From: Phaeosaccion multiseriatum
Lineage: Eukaryota > Protista > Ochrophyta, other classes
Assembly (NCBI GenBank): GCA_965112735.1
Contig: OZ218959.1
Span: 1,054,001 to 1,118,000 of the forward strand
Direction of reading: 5' to 3'
Length of the DNA stretch: 64,000 nucleotides
The notes beneath the pieces were generated by a model, which had not been told where the DNA came from, did no database searches, and saw nothing but the letters and a program-made list of their open reading frames with translations. Positions 62,561-64,000 of this stretch are shown here, piece after piece; positions within the stretch are counted from its first letter, which is position 1; each line of letters opens with the position of its first letter. The translations under genes were made by a program, and so were the position numbers.

Positions 62561-64000
62561 TTATTTTTTATGATTATATTTTCGGTGCTCATCCGTCCTC
62601 ACGCCGCCCCCCCTTCGCTGAAGCATGTGCTGCTGGTGGAGGTACTGCAATCCTTCTTGGCCGTTGCTGTGGTGCTGTTGGTGTTGCTCCTGGGCCGGCA
62701 TGGCTGTTGCAACAAAGAATTCCCGCGCTGCTTCCTTGAGCACCTGAGACGAGGGTTTGAGCACACGTGCATGGCATGTCAGTGATACATTTTAGAGCCG
62801 CGCTGAAAGCAAGGCACTCACTAACTCACTCACTCCGCCTCCTGCAAAATTAAGCTATTGTGATTGTGTAGAGAAGGAAGGAGCGCAAGCAAAATGAAGC
62901 TTGTGTTCGTCAAGAGAAAGGAACGCGGTGCCGTAGTCGTAGGAGGTGGAGCGAGCGTCACAAAGAGCAGGCGAAAGGGAGCGAGATGCGATGTCCTCAA
63001 AACACAAGCGATTTGAGTAAGGCAAGCAAAGAGAGGTTTCAACTTGTCGACAAAGGAGCACAGACACGTTCGTGGGGCTTCGGGCGTGAAGCGAAACAGT
63101 GGCGCGAGTATTGAGGGTTTCTGCTGCTGCTACTGCTGCTGCTGCTGCTCGTCTGTTCCAGCTACTAACCTGACTACTCGAGGCCATGGAGGTCCTGCTC
63201 TCCTCGAGCTCCCTCTTGAGCTGCTCCACCACCGCCCCCGACTCAAAGTCCTGCAGAATCGCCTCCATCCCTCCCATCCGCCGCGCCTCCGCCTTCTCTC
63301 GCCTGCTGGGCCCCATGGACATCTCAGCGGGGCTGCCTGCGGGGACTGATGTATCACCAACTGCTGCTGAGGTCACCCTTCCTTTCGTGCCACCAACACC
63401 ACTGCCGCCGCCTCTCGGCCCTATCCCTTGCTTTTGTGGCGGCTGCTGCTGCTGCTTTCGCCTCTGCCCGTGCTTCTCGTCTTGAGCACCACCAACAGCA
63501 GCAGCAGCAGTAGTACCAGCACCAGCAGCATCTGTGTGACAGTAGCCGCGGGTCGCAGAGGCAGAGGCGGAGGCGAAGGCACGTTCTCCCCCACTCCGCG
63601 TGGAGATGGGTGCTGACCGGCTCCCCCGTGGCCCTCTAGTGGTGGCCTTGCTGCCGTTTGTACCTCCTGTAGAGACTTCCCTCCCGCCTCTCCCACCGCC
63701 ATCTCTCGACGTGCCTGCCAATGAGCTTCCTTCTACTGGCGCTACAGCCGACCCTAGCATTGGTCCTCCATCTCTCATTCTTCGTCGATCCTTCGTGCTA
63801 CGCACCCCTCCGCCATCGTCATCCTCCCCCCCCCGCCTCGCTGCCATTGCTCGAGCTCCTTTCCAGCCCACTACTGATGCGTCCGAATTCGAACGACGAT
63901 ATTGCTGTTGTCTCATCACAGCCCCATTCCTCCCTGGCGGCTCCTGCTGTCTCCGCCGTTGTCGCTGTTGCGTCTCAAAGTGTATCCTCTGTTCGTCGTC
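62561..64000 (-). CDS. Uncharacterised, largely disordered protein, 5'-partial (exons >64000-63170 and 62743-62561)
   Basis: Long open frame with a helical C-terminal block MEAILQDFESGAVVEQLKRELEESRTSMASSSQ|VLKEAAREFF joined by a phase-0 GT-AG intron. Stop at 62561. Confidence 0.65.

Noticed and set aside
1-64000. Autonomous transposon, viral, tRNA or rRNA genes; alternative genetic code or selenocysteine readthrough
   Set aside because: No transposase, RT, integrase or capsid motifs and no tRNA/rRNA signatures were recognised by eye. All reconstructed genes translate with the standard code without in-frame stops.

Overview
This is eukaryotic, intron-rich, microsatellite-laden genomic DNA, not prokaryotic. 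A photosynthetic stramenopile (ochrophyte) alga is inferred from the DGDG synthase together with a non-vertebrate FTO and a DUF1769 protein. About 15 spliced genes can be reconstructed by hand from GT/GC-AG junctions. In order: MscS channel (5'-partial, with a very long repetitive tail), M1 aminopeptidase, anoctamin/TMEM16, an unknown Cys-rich type I membrane protein, a miniature ELAPOR/UPF0577-like membrane protein, CREG, an SVOP-like MFS transporter, a mitochondrial citrate-carrier-like protein, FTO, a DUF1769/PH-like/DUF547 multidomain protein, DGD synthase, a TEY MAP kinase, a PDCD4/MA3 protein, a signal-peptide-bearing Mpv17/PMP22 protein (plus an orphan second Mpv17 C-terminus) and an unknown 5'-partial gene. 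Most ORFs in the supplied track are artefacts of simple repeats or unspliced introns. The most unusual signal is a dispersed 15-bp motif, CAG-TTGGTGATA-CAG, embedded in CAG tracts. It occurs about 10 times on both strands, in introns, intergenic DNA and exons read in different frames, which suggests a micro-element that writes short peptides into proteins. Also notable are several 3' splice sites preceded by A/C repeats instead of a polypyrimidine tract. All domain calls come from motif recognition, not database searches, and exon boundaries are manual and approximate.
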